DNA of 64,000 nt from an uncultured delta proteobacterium (GTDB lineage Bacteria; Myxococcota_A; UBA9160; SMWR01): positions 416,001-480,000 of the forward strand of contig CAWHTE010000007.1 of NCBI GenBank assembly GCA_963832165.1. The letters are read 5' to 3'. Position numbers and translations under genes: made by a program. The notes below the pieces were generated by a model. The model was not told the origin of the DNA. It did not search any database and saw only the letters and a program-made list of their open reading frames with translations. Positions 47,673 through 57,176 of the stretch are shown here, in pieces (the first letter of the stretch is position 1; each line of letters starts with the position of its first letter).

Positions 47673-47745
47673 GCAAGTTTCGCGCAGCGAGCCGAAGGCG
47701 AGCGAAGACCATCAGGCATGCTTCGCGCAGCGCCGAAGGCTCGGA
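47673..47745 (+). repeat. GNA-hairpin repeat element plus a degenerate second copy
   Basis: GCAAGTTTCGCGCAGCGAGCCGAAGGCGAGCGAAGACCAT then TTCGCGCAGCGCCGAAGGC. Confidence 0.85.
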
Positions 47746-47751
47746 GCCCTT

Positions 47752-48048
47752 TCAGTTCTCGCGCGACTCGCCGCTGTGCGGAGGCGCGCCGAACGTCCAG
47801 GTCGGCACGAGGCCGAGCTTCTCCATCTTCGTGTAGAGCGTGCGCCGGCCGATCCCGAGTGCGCGCGCGGCCGCCGAGCGGTTGCCGCGGTGGTCGCGCA
47901 GTGCGCGCGCGATTCGCCACGCCTCTGCGATCGCGAGGAAGTCGCGCAGCGGCAGCGTTTCGGCGCTGCGCGCAATCTCGTCGAGGCCGACCTCGGCGAC
48001 CGGCGCGGTGTTTCGCGGTAGACGTTCGGAGCGCAGTCCTGCGGCCAT
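47752..48048 (-). CDS. Stand-alone Fis-family HTH protein
   Basis: ALRDHRGNRSAAARALGIGRRTLYTKMEKLG; GGAG RBS. Confidence 0.75.
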   Translation of the reverse strand: MAAGLRSERLPRNTAPVAEVGLDEIARSAETLPLRDFLAIAEAWRIARALRDHRGNRSAAARALGIGRRTLYTKMEKLGLVPTWTFGAPPHSGESREN

Positions 48049-48144
48049 CGAACGTCTCCAAAGCAACCGCCGTACCATCGCGCGGCGCGCTCCGGCCGCC
48101 GCCACCACTCTCCTGCCGCGCCAATGGGCAATGGATGCCCAGTC

Positions 48145-48225
48145 GTAGGGCGGGAGAGCGAAGCGATCCCGCCATTGCAGCCCTGGTCATGGCGGGATCC
48201 GCCCTTCGGGCTCCTCCCGCCCTAC
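48145..48225. repeat. Inverted pair of GTAG REPs (REPIN-like doublet)
   Basis: GTAG-GGCGGGA-GAGCGAAGCGA-TCCCGCC on +; GTAG-GGCGGGA-GGAGCCCGAAGGGCGGA-TCCCGCC on -. Confidence 0.8.
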
Positions 48226-49007
48226 TGCAAGCCGAAGATTTCCTCGACCTGGTAGACCCCCGGAGCGCGGCCCGCGAGCCAGGCCGCTGCGCGCACGGCG
48301 CCCGAGGCGAAGTGGTCGCGCGTCTGGGATCGGTGGACGAGCTCGAGGCGCTCGCCGCGCCCGACGAACATCACCGTGTGCTCACCGGGGTTGTCGCCGC
48401 CGCGCAGCGCCTGGACGCCGATCGCCCCGGGGCGTCGCGCGCCGATCTCACCCGCTCGCTCGAGCACGAGCCGATCTGCCGCGGCGTCGCGTCCCTGCGC
48501 GATCGCCTCGGCGAGCCGCAGCGCGGTGCCGCTCGGCGCATCGCGCTTCGCGGCGTGGTGCAGCTCGACGATCTCGGCGTCGTAGTCGGGGCCGAGCCGC
48601 TCGGCGGCCGCGCGCACGAGCCAGGCGAGCGTGTTCACGGCGAGCGAGAAGTTGGCCGCGCGCACGATCGGGATCCTCGCGCCGAGCGCGTCGAACGCAT
48701 CGGCCTCGGCGCGCGAGAAGCCGGTCGTGCCCGTGACGTACGCGGTGCCCGCGTCGGCGGCCGCGCGCGCGATCGCCAGCGTGGCCTGCGGCACACTGAA
48801 GTCGATCGCGACGTCGCACTCGGCCACGGCGGCTGCGATGTCGTCGCTCACCACCACCCCGTTCTCGACGCGCGCGCCCTGCTCGGGGTGGCCCTTCTCC
48901 TCGAGCGCCGCGGCCAACACGAGCGACGGCTCCTGCGCGAGCGCCGCGCGCACGCACTGGCCCATGCGGCCGAGCGCGCCGACCACGAGCACTCTTCGTG
49001 CGCTCAT
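48222..49007 (-). CDS. dapB: 4-hydroxy-tetrahydrodipicolinate reductase
   Basis: GALGRMG; ELHHAAKRDAPSGTA. Confidence 0.95.
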   Translation of the reverse strand: MSARRVLVVGALGRMGQCVRAALAQEPSLVLAAALEEKGHPEQGARVENGVVVSDDIAAAVAECDVAIDFSVPQATLAIARAAADAGTAYVTGTTGFSRAEADAFDALGARIPIVRAANFSLAVNTLAWLVRAAAERLGPDYDAEIVELHHAAKRDAPSGTALRLAEAIAQGRDAAADRLVLERAGEIGARRPGAIGVQALRGGDNPGEHTVMFVGRGERLELVHRSQTRDHFASGAVRAAAWLAGRAPGVYQVEEIFGLQ

Positions 49008-49879
49008 CCGATCAGCCCGAGCTCCTTGAGCACCACCTGGAGCCGTTCGCGATTCGGCGCCGTGATCGGCGTGAGCGGCAGCCGGATCTCGGGGCCGATC
49101 GCGCCCGCGAGATGCAGCGCCGCCTTGACCGGAATCGGGTTGGTCTCGACGAACAGCGCAGAGATCAGCGGCAACAGGCGCAGGTGGCAGCGGCGCGCCG
49201 TGTCGCCGTCGCCCGCGCGGAACGATCGCACCAGCGACACGAACTCGGAGGGCGCGACGTTCGCCGCGGTCGAGATCACGCCCTTTCCGCCGATCGCGAG
49301 GATCGGCAGCGTGAGCGCGTCGTCGCCCGAGAGCACACAGAAGTCCTCCGGGCAGTGCTGGATCACGTCGGAGATCTGGCCGAGATCGCCGCACGCCTCC
49401 TTGATCCCCACCACCTGCTCGAGATCGGCGAGGCGCGCGACCGTGGCGGGCAGCATGTTGGACGCGGTGCGGCTGGGGACGTTGTAGAGCACGAGCGGGA
49501 ACGCGGTGCGCCGCGCGATCTCTGCGTAGTGGAGGTACAAGCCCTCCTGGGTGGGCTTGTTGTAGTAGGGCGAGATCAAGAGCGCGCCGTCCGCGCCGGC
49601 TTCCTTGGCGTAGATCGTCAGCTCGATCGCCTCGCGCGTGTTGTTCGAGCCGGAGCCCGCCAGGACCGGCACCCGGCCGCGCGTCGCGTGCACCACGATC
49701 TCCACCACGCGCCGGTGCTCGGCGTGCGAGAGCGTCGCGGACTCGCCCGTGGAGCCGCACGGCACGAGGCCGTCGATGCCCGCCTCGATCTGCCGGTCGA
49801 CGAGCGCGCGCAGTGCAGACTCGTCGATCTCACCGTCGCGGAACGGGGTCACGAGCGCCGTCAACACGCCTTCGAACAT
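49004..49879 (-). CDS. dapA: 4-hydroxy-tetrahydrodipicolinate synthase
   Basis: GSTGES, PYYNKP, LYNVPSRT, GIKEA. Confidence 0.96.
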   Translation of the reverse strand: MFEGVLTALVTPFRDGEIDESALRALVDRQIEAGIDGLVPCGSTGESATLSHAEHRRVVEIVVHATRGRVPVLAGSGSNNTREAIELTIYAKEAGADGALLISPYYNKPTQEGLYLHYAEIARRTAFPLVLYNVPSRTASNMLPATVARLADLEQVVGIKEACGDLGQISDVIQHCPEDFCVLSGDDALTLPILAIGGKGVISTAANVAPSEFVSLVRSFRAGDGDTARRCHLRLLPLISALFVETNPIPVKAALHLAGAIGPEIRLPLTPITAPNRERLQVVLKELGLIG

Positions 49880-49886
49880 CGCTACC

Positions 49887-50723
49887 TCAGACTCGGATCG
49901 ATCCCGAGAAGACCTCGGACGCGGGGCCCGTCATCTCCACGTGCGCGTCGTCCGCGGGCCACGAGATCTCGAGCACGCCGCCGCGCAGCTCGATCGACAC
50001 CCGCCGGTCGACGGCGCCTCGCAACATGGATACTACGGCCACCGCGCACGCACCGCTCCCGCACGCGAGCGTCTCGCCGGCGCCGCGCTCCCAGGTGCGC
50101 TGTGCGATCCGGCCCCGGTCCAACACCCGCACGAACTCTACGTTCACGCGGTTCGGGAACGCCGGGTGGCGCTCGATGACGCGCCCCCAGCGCTCGACGG
50201 GTGCCGCGTCGACATCGTCCACGTAGATCACCGCGTGCGGGTTGCCCATCGAGACCGACGAAACGCGCAGCTTCTCGCCCTCCACGGCGAGCGGCACGTC
50301 GAGCACGGGCCCGTCGCCCGCGGCGAGCGTGGTGGGAATCTTCGCGGGCGCGAGCACGGGCCGGCCCATGTCCACGGTGACGCGGTCGTCGCCCGCCCAG
50401 CGCGGCCGCACCACACCCGAGAGCGTCTCCACGCCGATCTCGGCGCGGCTCGTGTGACCGTGGTCGCGCAAGTACTTGTAGAACGCGCGGATTCCGTTCG
50501 CGCACATCTCCACCTGGGAGCCGTCCGCGTTCCAGATCTCCATGCGGAAGTCGGCGTTCGTGCCCGCGCGCACCACGAGCAGCTGATCAGCGCCGATCCC
50601 GAAGTGGCGATCGCACAAGCGCGCCGCGAGCGGCTCGATCGGCGGCAGCGCGTCGCGCAGGCCGTCGAGCACGACGAAGTCGTTGCCGGCGCCGTGCATC
50701 TTGGTGAAGCGGAGATCAGTCAT
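49887..50723 (-). CDS. dapF: Diaminopimelate epimerase
   Basis: KMHGAGNDF, EMCANG, ERGAGETLACGSG. Confidence 0.96.
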   Translation of the reverse strand: MTDLRFTKMHGAGNDFVVLDGLRDALPPIEPLAARLCDRHFGIGADQLLVVRAGTNADFRMEIWNADGSQVEMCANGIRAFYKYLRDHGHTSRAEIGVETLSGVVRPRWAGDDRVTVDMGRPVLAPAKIPTTLAAGDGPVLDVPLAVEGEKLRVSSVSMGNPHAVIYVDDVDAAPVERWGRVIERHPAFPNRVNVEFVRVLDRGRIAQRTWERGAGETLACGSGACAVAVVSMLRGAVDRRVSIELRGGVLEISWPADDAHVEMTGPASEVFSGSIRV

Positions 50724-50895
50724 GGCGATCGCGCTCGGTGTCGTCGGGTCGATCGGCGTCCTGCGTCACGGGTGCCGCGGCTGCGTCACCGCGCGCGCGC
50801 TCGGCGCGCACGGGCGCGCCGTAGTGACCGCAGGCCGAGAGCGCCGCTGCGATCAGCGCGCAGATCGCCGTCGCCGCGCGAAGCTTGTGAGTCAT
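50716..50895 (-). CDS. Small lipoprotein (59 aa), LptM/LppL-like; absent from the ORF track
   Basis: MTHKLRAATAICALIAAALSAC-GHYGAP...; lipobox LSAC; overlaps the argH stop and dapF start. Confidence 0.7.
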   Translation of the reverse strand: MTHKLRAATAICALIAAALSACGHYGAPVRAERARGDAAAAPVTQDADRPDDTERDRHD

Positions 50896-52307
50896 CGCGC
50901 GGCCTCCAGCTCGCGCCGTGCCGCTGCGAGCTCGGCGTCGGCGGCGTCGAGCGCCTCGGCGACGCGCGGCCGCGCGGTGGCGCCCGGCAGAGACCGGCCC
51001 TCGAGCGCGCGCTCGAGCGAGAGCAGCTCCCCCGCGGCGGCCGGGAACGCGGGGTGGAACGCGCGCAGATCCTCGCGCGAGAGCGAGCGCAGGTCGGCGT
51101 CCTTCTCGATGCAGTGCGCGACGATCCGCCCGACCGCCTCGTGGGCCTCGCGGAACGGCACCTGCTCGCGCACGAGCGCCTCCGCGAGATCCGTGGCGAG
51201 CAGCATCGGATCGCTCGCGGCCTCGCGCATGCGCGCCTCGTTCACGCGCAGCGTGGCGATCGCGCCCGCCATCACCTCGAGCGAGTCGCGCAGCGTGCGC
51301 GCCGTATCGAAGATCGGCTCCTTGTCCTCCTGCAGATCGCGGTTGTAGGTGAGGGGCAGGCCCTTCAGCACCGTGAGCAGCGCGACCAGGTTGCCGATCG
51401 TGCGGCCCGCCTTGCCGCGCACGAGCTCGGGTACGTCGGGGTTCTTCTTCTGCGGCATCAGGCTCGAGCCGGTCGAGTACGCGTCGGCGAGCTCGATGAA
51501 CCCGAACTCCGCGGTCGACCAGAGCACGAGCTCCTCGGCGAGCCGCGAGAGGTGCACCTGCGCGATCGCGCCGTCTGCGAGGAACTCGAGCCCGGCGTCG
51601 CGCGAGGCAACCGCGTCCATGCTGTTGCGGGACGGCCCCACGAACCCGAGCGCGCGCGCGGTGGCGTCGCGATCGAGCGGGAGCGTGGTGCCCGCGAGCG
51701 CGCCCGACCCGAGCGGCGAGTGCGCGAGCCGGCCCTCGAGATCGCGCAAGCGCTGCGCGTCGCGCCCGAACATCTCGACGAACGCGAGCCAGTGGTGGGC
51801 GAGCCGCACCGGCTGCGCGCGCTGGAGGTGCGTGTAGCCCGGCAACACCGTGTCGAGGTGCTCGCGCGCGCGCACGAGCAGCACGGACTGCAGCTCGTAC
51901 AGGCCCGCGCGCGCGGCGCGCGCGGCGTCGCGCAGGTAGAGCAGGAGGTCGGTGGCGACCTGATCGTTGCGGCTGCGCCCCGTGTGCAGCCGCGAGGCCG
52001 GCGCGCCGATGCGATCGCGCAGCCGCGCCTCGATGTTCATGTGGATGTCTTCGAGCGCCGCGTCGAACGGAAACTGCCCCGCCTCGATCTCCGCGCCGAT
52101 CTCGCCGAGCCCGCGCTGCAGCGCCGCGAGATCCTCAGCCGAGATCAGCCCCGCGCCGTGGAGCATCTCGGCGTGAGCCGCGGACAAGCGCAGGTCGTAG
52201 CGCGCGAGCGCGCGATCGAAGTCGATCGACGCCGAGAAACGCTCGACGCTCGGATCGGTGTCCTCGCGGAATCGCCCCCCCCAGGGCTTGTTGCGTTCTC
52301 CGGCCAT
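50892..52307 (-). CDS. argH: Argininosuccinate lyase
   Basis: WGGRF, HTGRSRNDQ, GSSLMPQKKNPD. Confidence 0.97.
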   Translation of the reverse strand: MAGERNKPWGGRFREDTDPSVERFSASIDFDRALARYDLRLSAAHAEMLHGAGLISAEDLAALQRGLGEIGAEIEAGQFPFDAALEDIHMNIEARLRDRIGAPASRLHTGRSRNDQVATDLLLYLRDAARAARAGLYELQSVLLVRAREHLDTVLPGYTHLQRAQPVRLAHHWLAFVEMFGRDAQRLRDLEGRLAHSPLGSGALAGTTLPLDRDATARALGFVGPSRNSMDAVASRDAGLEFLADGAIAQVHLSRLAEELVLWSTAEFGFIELADAYSTGSSLMPQKKNPDVPELVRGKAGRTIGNLVALLTVLKGLPLTYNRDLQEDKEPIFDTARTLRDSLEVMAGAIATLRVNEARMREAASDPMLLATDLAEALVREQVPFREAHEAVGRIVAHCIEKDADLRSLSREDLRAFHPAFPAAAGELLSLERALEGRSLPGATARPRVAEALDAADAELAAARRELEAAR

Positions 52308-52389
52308 GGGCCCAATCTCGGTGACGGCGGACCCGCGCGCAAGCTAGGTTCAACCGCCCGGGGGCAAGGAGGCCGACGCAGTCGGTCGA

Positions 52390-52468
52390 CGCGCAGCGAG
52401 CGGAAGTTTCGCGCAGCGAGCCGAAGGCGAGCGAAGACCATAAAAGGGGCGAGCGAAGGCGGGCCCCT
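52390..52468 (+). repeat. Nested GNA-hairpin repeat
   Basis: CGCGCAGCGAGC-[GGAAGTTTCGCGCAGCGAGCCGAAGGCGAGCGAAGACCATAAAAGG]-GGCGAGCGAAGGCGGGCCCC. Confidence 0.85.
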
Positions 52469-52486
52469 GCACGGGGAAGGGGAGAC

Positions 52487-54853
52487 GTGCCGCAAGCGCG
52501 ACGACGGCGACGCTGGCCGTGGCGTCCGATCGCCTGGACGGTCCTGGGCTCGGCGTTCGTGGCCGGCTTTGCGATCGCGGCGATGGTCGTGTCGCTCGAC
52601 CACCAGGTCCGCGAGCGATTCGAGGGAACTCAGTTCCGGGTTCCCTCTCGCGTGTACAGCGCGCCTGCCATCCTATATCCGGGACTCGACTGGCGGCGCT
52701 TCGGCCTGCAGGATGCGCTCGCGCGGCTCGGCTACCGCCAGGCCTCATCGAGCCGGGAGCTGCCCCCGGGGCAGTACGTCTGGGAGGGCTCGCGGATCCG
52801 CGTCCACCTGCGCGCGTTCGAGCACCCGACGCGACCCGAGGCGTCGCGCGACATCGCGATCTGGCTGCGCGGGAATACGATCAGCGACATCCGCGAGATT
52901 CCGGGCGGCTCCGTGGGCGCGGTGCTGCTCGAGCCCGAGCCGCTCGGCGCCTACTACGGGCCCGTGCGCGAGCAGCGCGAGCTGGTCCGGCTCACCGATC
53001 TGCCGCAGCACCTCGTCGATGCGGTGCTCGCGGTCGAAGACCAGCGCTTCGCGACACACTCCGGGATCGACTTCCGCCGGATCGTGGGGGCGATGCTCGC
53101 GAACCTGCGCGCGGGCCGGATCGAGCAGGGCGGCAGCACGCTCACGCAGCAGCTCGTGAAGAATTTCTTCCTGACGCCCGAGCGCCGATGGCGGCGCAAG
53201 CTGCGCGAGGCGTGCATGGCCCTGATCGTGGAGGCCCGATATGACAAGGAGGCGATCCTCGAGTCGTACCTGAACGAGATCTATCTCGGGCAGCGGGGCG
53301 CCACCGCGGTGCACGGCGTCGGAGAAGCCGCCCATCTCTACTTCGGGAAGTCGGCGAGCCAGCTGTCGGTCGCGGAGTCGGGACTGATCGCCGCGATCAT
53401 CCAGAGTCCGAACGGGATCTCGCCCTATCGCGATCCCGACCGCGCGCTGAAGCGGCGCAACCTCGTGCTCGAGTTGATGGTGCAGCAACATCGCCTCGAC
53501 CCCGAGACGTTCGAGCAGGCGCGCGCCGAGCCGATCCGGCTCGCCACGGTGACGCCCGAGCCAGGCGACGCGCGCTTCTTCCTCGACTTCCTGCACCGGC
53601 AGCTCACCGAGACCTACACGGCCGGGCAGCTCACCGAGGAGGGGCTGCGCATCTACTCGACGCTCGACCGGCGCCTGCAGCGGATTGCCGCGCAGGCGCT
53701 CGAGGACGGGCTGCGCGAGATCGAGAAGCGCCGGCCCAAGCTCAAGAGCGATGATCCCGCGCATCAGCTCCAGGGCTGCCTGGTGGTGGTGCGACCCCAG
53801 ACCGGCGAGCTGCTCGCGCTCGTGGGCGGGCGCGACTACCGCACGTCGCAATTCGATCGCTGCAGCCAGGCGCGGCGCCAGGCCGGCAGCGTGTTCAAGC
53901 CGTTCGTCTACATCGCGGGGCTTGAGCAGCGCGACTCGCTCCCCACGATCACGCTCGCGAGCGTCCTCGACGACTCGCCGCTCGAGATCACCACACCCTC
54001 GGGGCCGTGGCGCCCGAAGAACTTCGACGGCGAGTTCCACGATCGGGTCGGCGTGCGCGAAGCGATCGAGCGCTCGCTCAACGTCGCCACGGTGCGGCTC
54101 GGACAAGCCGTCGGGATGCGCAACGTGGTGGACGTCGCGCAGCGGCTCGGCATCGAGAGCCCGCTGCCCGCCGTGCCGAGCCTCGCGCTCGGCACCGCGG
54201 AGGTTTCCCCGCTAGAGCTCGCGCGCGCGTATGCGACGCTCGCGAGCGGAGGTGTGCGGCCGGAGACACAGGCGGTCGAGGACGTCGTCGATCCGGCGGG
54301 CGGCGCGCTCGCTCGGCGCGAGCTGAACTTTCAGCGTGTGATCGACCCGGGCACCGCGTACCTCGCCACCTCTCTGCTCGAGGGAGTCGCGGAGCGCGGC
54401 ACGGCCGCGGGCGTGCGCGCGGGCGGGCTGCGCGGTCCGATCGCGGCGAAGACCGGCACCACCGACGAGGAGCGCGATCTCTGGTTCATGGGCTTCACGC
54501 CCGACCTCGTCGCGGTGGTGTGGATCGGCTTCGACGAGCCGCGCAGCGTCGGGATGCCCGGCGCAGCGGGTGCGCTGCCGATCTGGCGCCGGTTCATCGA
54601 GGAGGAATCGGGCGGCATGATCCGCGGCGTGTTCCCGCGGCCAGCCGCACTCGAGCGCGCGGAGATCACACCCGATGGCGCGATCGCGCTGTCGGGCTGT
54701 CCCGACCACCGCACCGAGTACTTCCTGCCCGGCACCTTGCCCACTACGTTCTGCCCCGACGGGGACTACGGGCGTCGCCGGACAGAGCGGGGGCAACAGA
54801 GGGTGCAACGGTCCGAGCGAGGCTTCTTCCGGTGGCTCTCCGATCACTTCTGA
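52487..54853 (+). CDS. mrcB: Penicillin-binding protein 1B (UB2H + GT51 + transpeptidase)
   Basis: EDQRF..H.G, GGSTLTQQLVKN, RKLRE, SVFK, SLN, KTGT. Confidence 0.92.
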   Translation: MPQARRRRRWPWRPIAWTVLGSAFVAGFAIAAMVVSLDHQVRERFEGTQFRVPSRVYSAPAILYPGLDWRRFGLQDALARLGYRQASSSRELPPGQYVWEGSRIRVHLRAFEHPTRPEASRDIAIWLRGNTISDIREIPGGSVGAVLLEPEPLGAYYGPVREQRELVRLTDLPQHLVDAVLAVEDQRFATHSGIDFRRIVGAMLANLRAGRIEQGGSTLTQQLVKNFFLTPERRWRRKLREACMALIVEARYDKEAILESYLNEIYLGQRGATAVHGVGEAAHLYFGKSASQLSVAESGLIAAIIQSPNGISPYRDPDRALKRRNLVLELMVQQHRLDPETFEQARAEPIRLATVTPEPGDARFFLDFLHRQLTETYTAGQLTEEGLRIYSTLDRRLQRIAAQALEDGLREIEKRRPKLKSDDPAHQLQGCLVVVRPQTGELLALVGGRDYRTSQFDRCSQARRQAGSVFKPFVYIAGLEQRDSLPTITLASVLDDSPLEITTPSGPWRPKNFDGEFHDRVGVREAIERSLNVATVRLGQAVGMRNVVDVAQRLGIESPLPAVPSLALGTAEVSPLELARAYATLASGGVRPETQAVEDVVDPAGGALARRELNFQRVIDPGTAYLATSLLEGVAERGTAAGVRAGGLRGPIAAKTGTTDEERDLWFMGFTPDLVAVVWIGFDEPRSVGMPGAAGALPIWRRFIEEESGGMIRGVFPRPAALERAEITPDGAIALSGCPDHRTEYFLPGTLPTTFCPDGDYGRRRTERGQQRVQRSERGFFRWLSDHF

Positions 54854-55335
54854 TCGCAGCGCTGTGGCTCGTGCTCGGTTGCGCCGCGGGCAGCGGGTTG
54901 CTGCCGGGACCGCCCGCGCCGCGCGTGTCCGATGTCACGTCGAGCGGCGACGACCAGTTCCGCGCGAGCCAGCGCCTCGTGATCGAGGGACTCGAAGCCG
55001 ACGAGCGCGGCGACTCGGCGCGCGCGCGCGGACGCTACGAACGCGCGCTCCAGCTCGACGCGAGCAATCCCTGGGTCTATCTCGCGCTCGCCCGACACTA
55101 TGTGGAGGCGGACGAGCCCGGCCGCGCACTCGCTCATCTCGACCGCGCCGAGTCGTTGCTCGATGCGCAGGAGCCTGGCTCCCCCGGGGCGAAGGTGCAT
55201 TGCGACGGGCTGCGCGGGGCGGCGCTCGCGCTCGAAGGAGATCGCGAGCAGGCACAGGTTCTGCTCGACTCGGCGGCGCGCAGTGCGCCCGATGTCTGGG
55301 GCGACGGTGAACTTTCCGCCGCGGAACTCCGATAG
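54832..55335 (+). CDS. TPR lipoprotein, candidate PBP1B activator (LpoP-like)
   Basis: Lipobox VLGC; TPR YERALQLDASNPWVYLALAR; overlaps the end of mrcB. Confidence 0.68.
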   Translation: MALRSLLIAALWLVLGCAAGSGLLPGPPAPRVSDVTSSGDDQFRASQRLVIEGLEADERGDSARARGRYERALQLDASNPWVYLALARHYVEADEPGRALAHLDRAESLLDAQEPGSPGAKVHCDGLRGAALALEGDREQAQVLLDSAARSAPDVWGDGELSAAELR

Positions 55336-55338
55336 CTT

Positions 55339-55403
55339 GCAAGCCGCGCGCAGCGAGCCGTAGGCGAGCGAAGGCCATAAGGTGGCCGCCGAGCGAAGAC
55401 CAG
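55339..55403 (+). repeat. GNA-hairpin repeat element (GTA loop) with an extra 3' half
   Basis: GCAAGCCGCGCGCAGCGAGCCGTAGGCGAGCGAAGGCCAT...CGAGCGAAGACCA. Confidence 0.8.
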
Positions 55404-55417
55404 AAGAAGAGAGGGTG

Positions 55418-55936
55418 ATGACTCCGAAGCAAATGTTCGCGCTAGGCGCATTCGCGATCAGCTTGCCGCTCGATCTGATCACGAAGTTGATCGTCGAGCG
55501 CAACCTCTCCTACGCCGACCGCGTTCCCGTGATCGAGGGGTTCTTTTACCTCACCCACGTGCGCAATCCGGGCGCCGCATTCGGGTTGTTCGCCGACGGT
55601 GACCCGCAGACTCGGATGCTCATGTTCATCTCGGTGTCGATCGTCGCGGTGCTGATCATCCTGTCGTTCTTTCGCCAGCTGGCCCCGGGGGACCGACTCT
55701 CGGCACTCGCACTCGGACTCATCCTCGGCGGTGCCGTCGGAAACCTGATCGACCGGATCTTCCGCGGAGAAGTTGTTGACTTCCTCCACTTCAAGCTGTG
55801 GCGCGGCTACAGCTGGCCCGATTTCAACTTCGCGGACAGCTTCATCGTCGTCGGTGTGGGCCTGTTGATCCTCGAATTGCTCGCGACCGAGGGTGAGGAC
55901 CGCGCCGCCGCCGAACCCGACGAGCCCGCGGCTTGA
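55418..55936 (+). CDS. lspA: Lipoprotein signal peptidase II
   Basis: NPGAAFG, GGAVGNLIDR, VVDF, FNFAD. Confidence 0.96.
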   Translation: MTPKQMFALGAFAISLPLDLITKLIVERNLSYADRVPVIEGFFYLTHVRNPGAAFGLFADGDPQTRMLMFISVSIVAVLIILSFFRQLAPGDRLSALALGLILGGAVGNLIDRIFRGEVVDFLHFKLWRGYSWPDFNFADSFIVVGVGLLILELLATEGEDRAAAEPDEPAA

Positions 55937-56265
55937 AAAAAGATCGGCTGCGGGCGATTGCCCGCGTACGGCGGATTTCGTCTTCATCGTCGGAGGCTGC
56001 GGCGGCGAGGGGTGTACACCGGAGCGTGTTAGGTTCGCAACCTCTTCATTTTATCTACACGTTGCCGTTGACATGCTTCCACGCGCTGCGATAAGTAGGG
56101 ACCGCCGCGCACGAGTCCCAGTATCCGTTCGGTGCGCGAATCACTCCACAGACTGAATCGAGGAGACGGCGCCCCTCGGGACCGACGGTGTGATGGATTC
56201 CCCCTTTCCATCGCCACCTCGCCCGAGGGAATGATCGCGGACTGAGGGGTCGAGGACTCAGGCCG

Positions 56266-57057
56266 ATGACGAAGAAGCCGAAGAGCGATTACGCCATCCA
56301 GGCGGTGGCGAATGCGCTGCGGTTGCTGCACGTGTTTCGCGACGAGGACGAGGTTGGAGTAGCCGATCTCGCCCGCCGCCTCGGGCTTCCGAAGAACAAC
56401 GTGTTCCGGTTGCTCGCCACGATGGAAGAGCTCTGCTTCATCGAGCAGTGCCGGGAGACGGGGCGCTACCGCCTTGGTCTCGCCTGTCACGCGCTGGGTC
56501 AATCGTTCACGCGCGCGCGCCCGCTGCTCGAGCGCGCGCGGCCCGTGCTCGATCACCTGCAGCAGCAGACAGGGGAGACGGTTCATCTCGCCGTGCGCGA
56601 TGGCTTCGAAGTCGTGCATCTCGATGCACGCGTTCCCGCGCGCGAGATCGCAATCGGCGGACGCACGGGGCGTCGTGCCCCACTGCACTGCACAGCGCTC
56701 GGCAAGGTCCTGCTCGGCTGCTCACCCGAGCGCGTGTGGCGCGAGTTCGACGAACAGATCGTGAAGCGCGGCAAGCTCCCGCAGCGCACCGACCGCAGCA
56801 TCGACAACCCGGTCAAGTTCTTCGAGCACCTGCGCATGGTGGCGGGCCTCGGGTATGCGCTCGACATCGGCGAGCTCGAGGAAGGGCTGGGCTGTGCGGC
56901 AGCACCCGTGCACGCGGGTGATGGCGAGCTGGTCGCGGCGCTTTCGGTGTCCGCACCGCTGTTCCGGATCGGAGAAGAGGCGCTGAACGGTGACCTGCGC
57001 TTCAAGGTGGTGGGGGCGGCCGAGGAGCTGTCCACGGCACTCGGCTATACGGCCTGA
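56266..57057 (+). CDS. IclR family transcriptional regulator
   Basis: N-terminal HTH; ETVHLAV, LHCTALGKVLL. Confidence 0.93.
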   Translation: MTKKPKSDYAIQAVANALRLLHVFRDEDEVGVADLARRLGLPKNNVFRLLATMEELCFIEQCRETGRYRLGLACHALGQSFTRARPLLERARPVLDHLQQQTGETVHLAVRDGFEVVHLDARVPAREIAIGGRTGRRAPLHCTALGKVLLGCSPERVWREFDEQIVKRGKLPQRTDRSIDNPVKFFEHLRMVAGLGYALDIGELEEGLGCAAAPVHAGDGELVAALSVSAPLFRIGEEALNGDLRFKVVGAAEELSTALGYTA

Positions 57058-57176
57058 TCCGGCCGGACCCAGAGACCGCCGCCTTCGGAACGCTGGTTGA
57101 ATCTGGTAAGATCGCCCGCTCCCCGATCCGTACGCGCACCCGGTGACCCGTTCCCCCGGCGCGTGAGGTCGCAAAC

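Noticed and set aside
49638..53159. 1173-aa ORF and many other long Arg/Ala-rich ORFs
   Set aside because: Antisense or off-frame shadows of well-supported genes, expected at this GC content.
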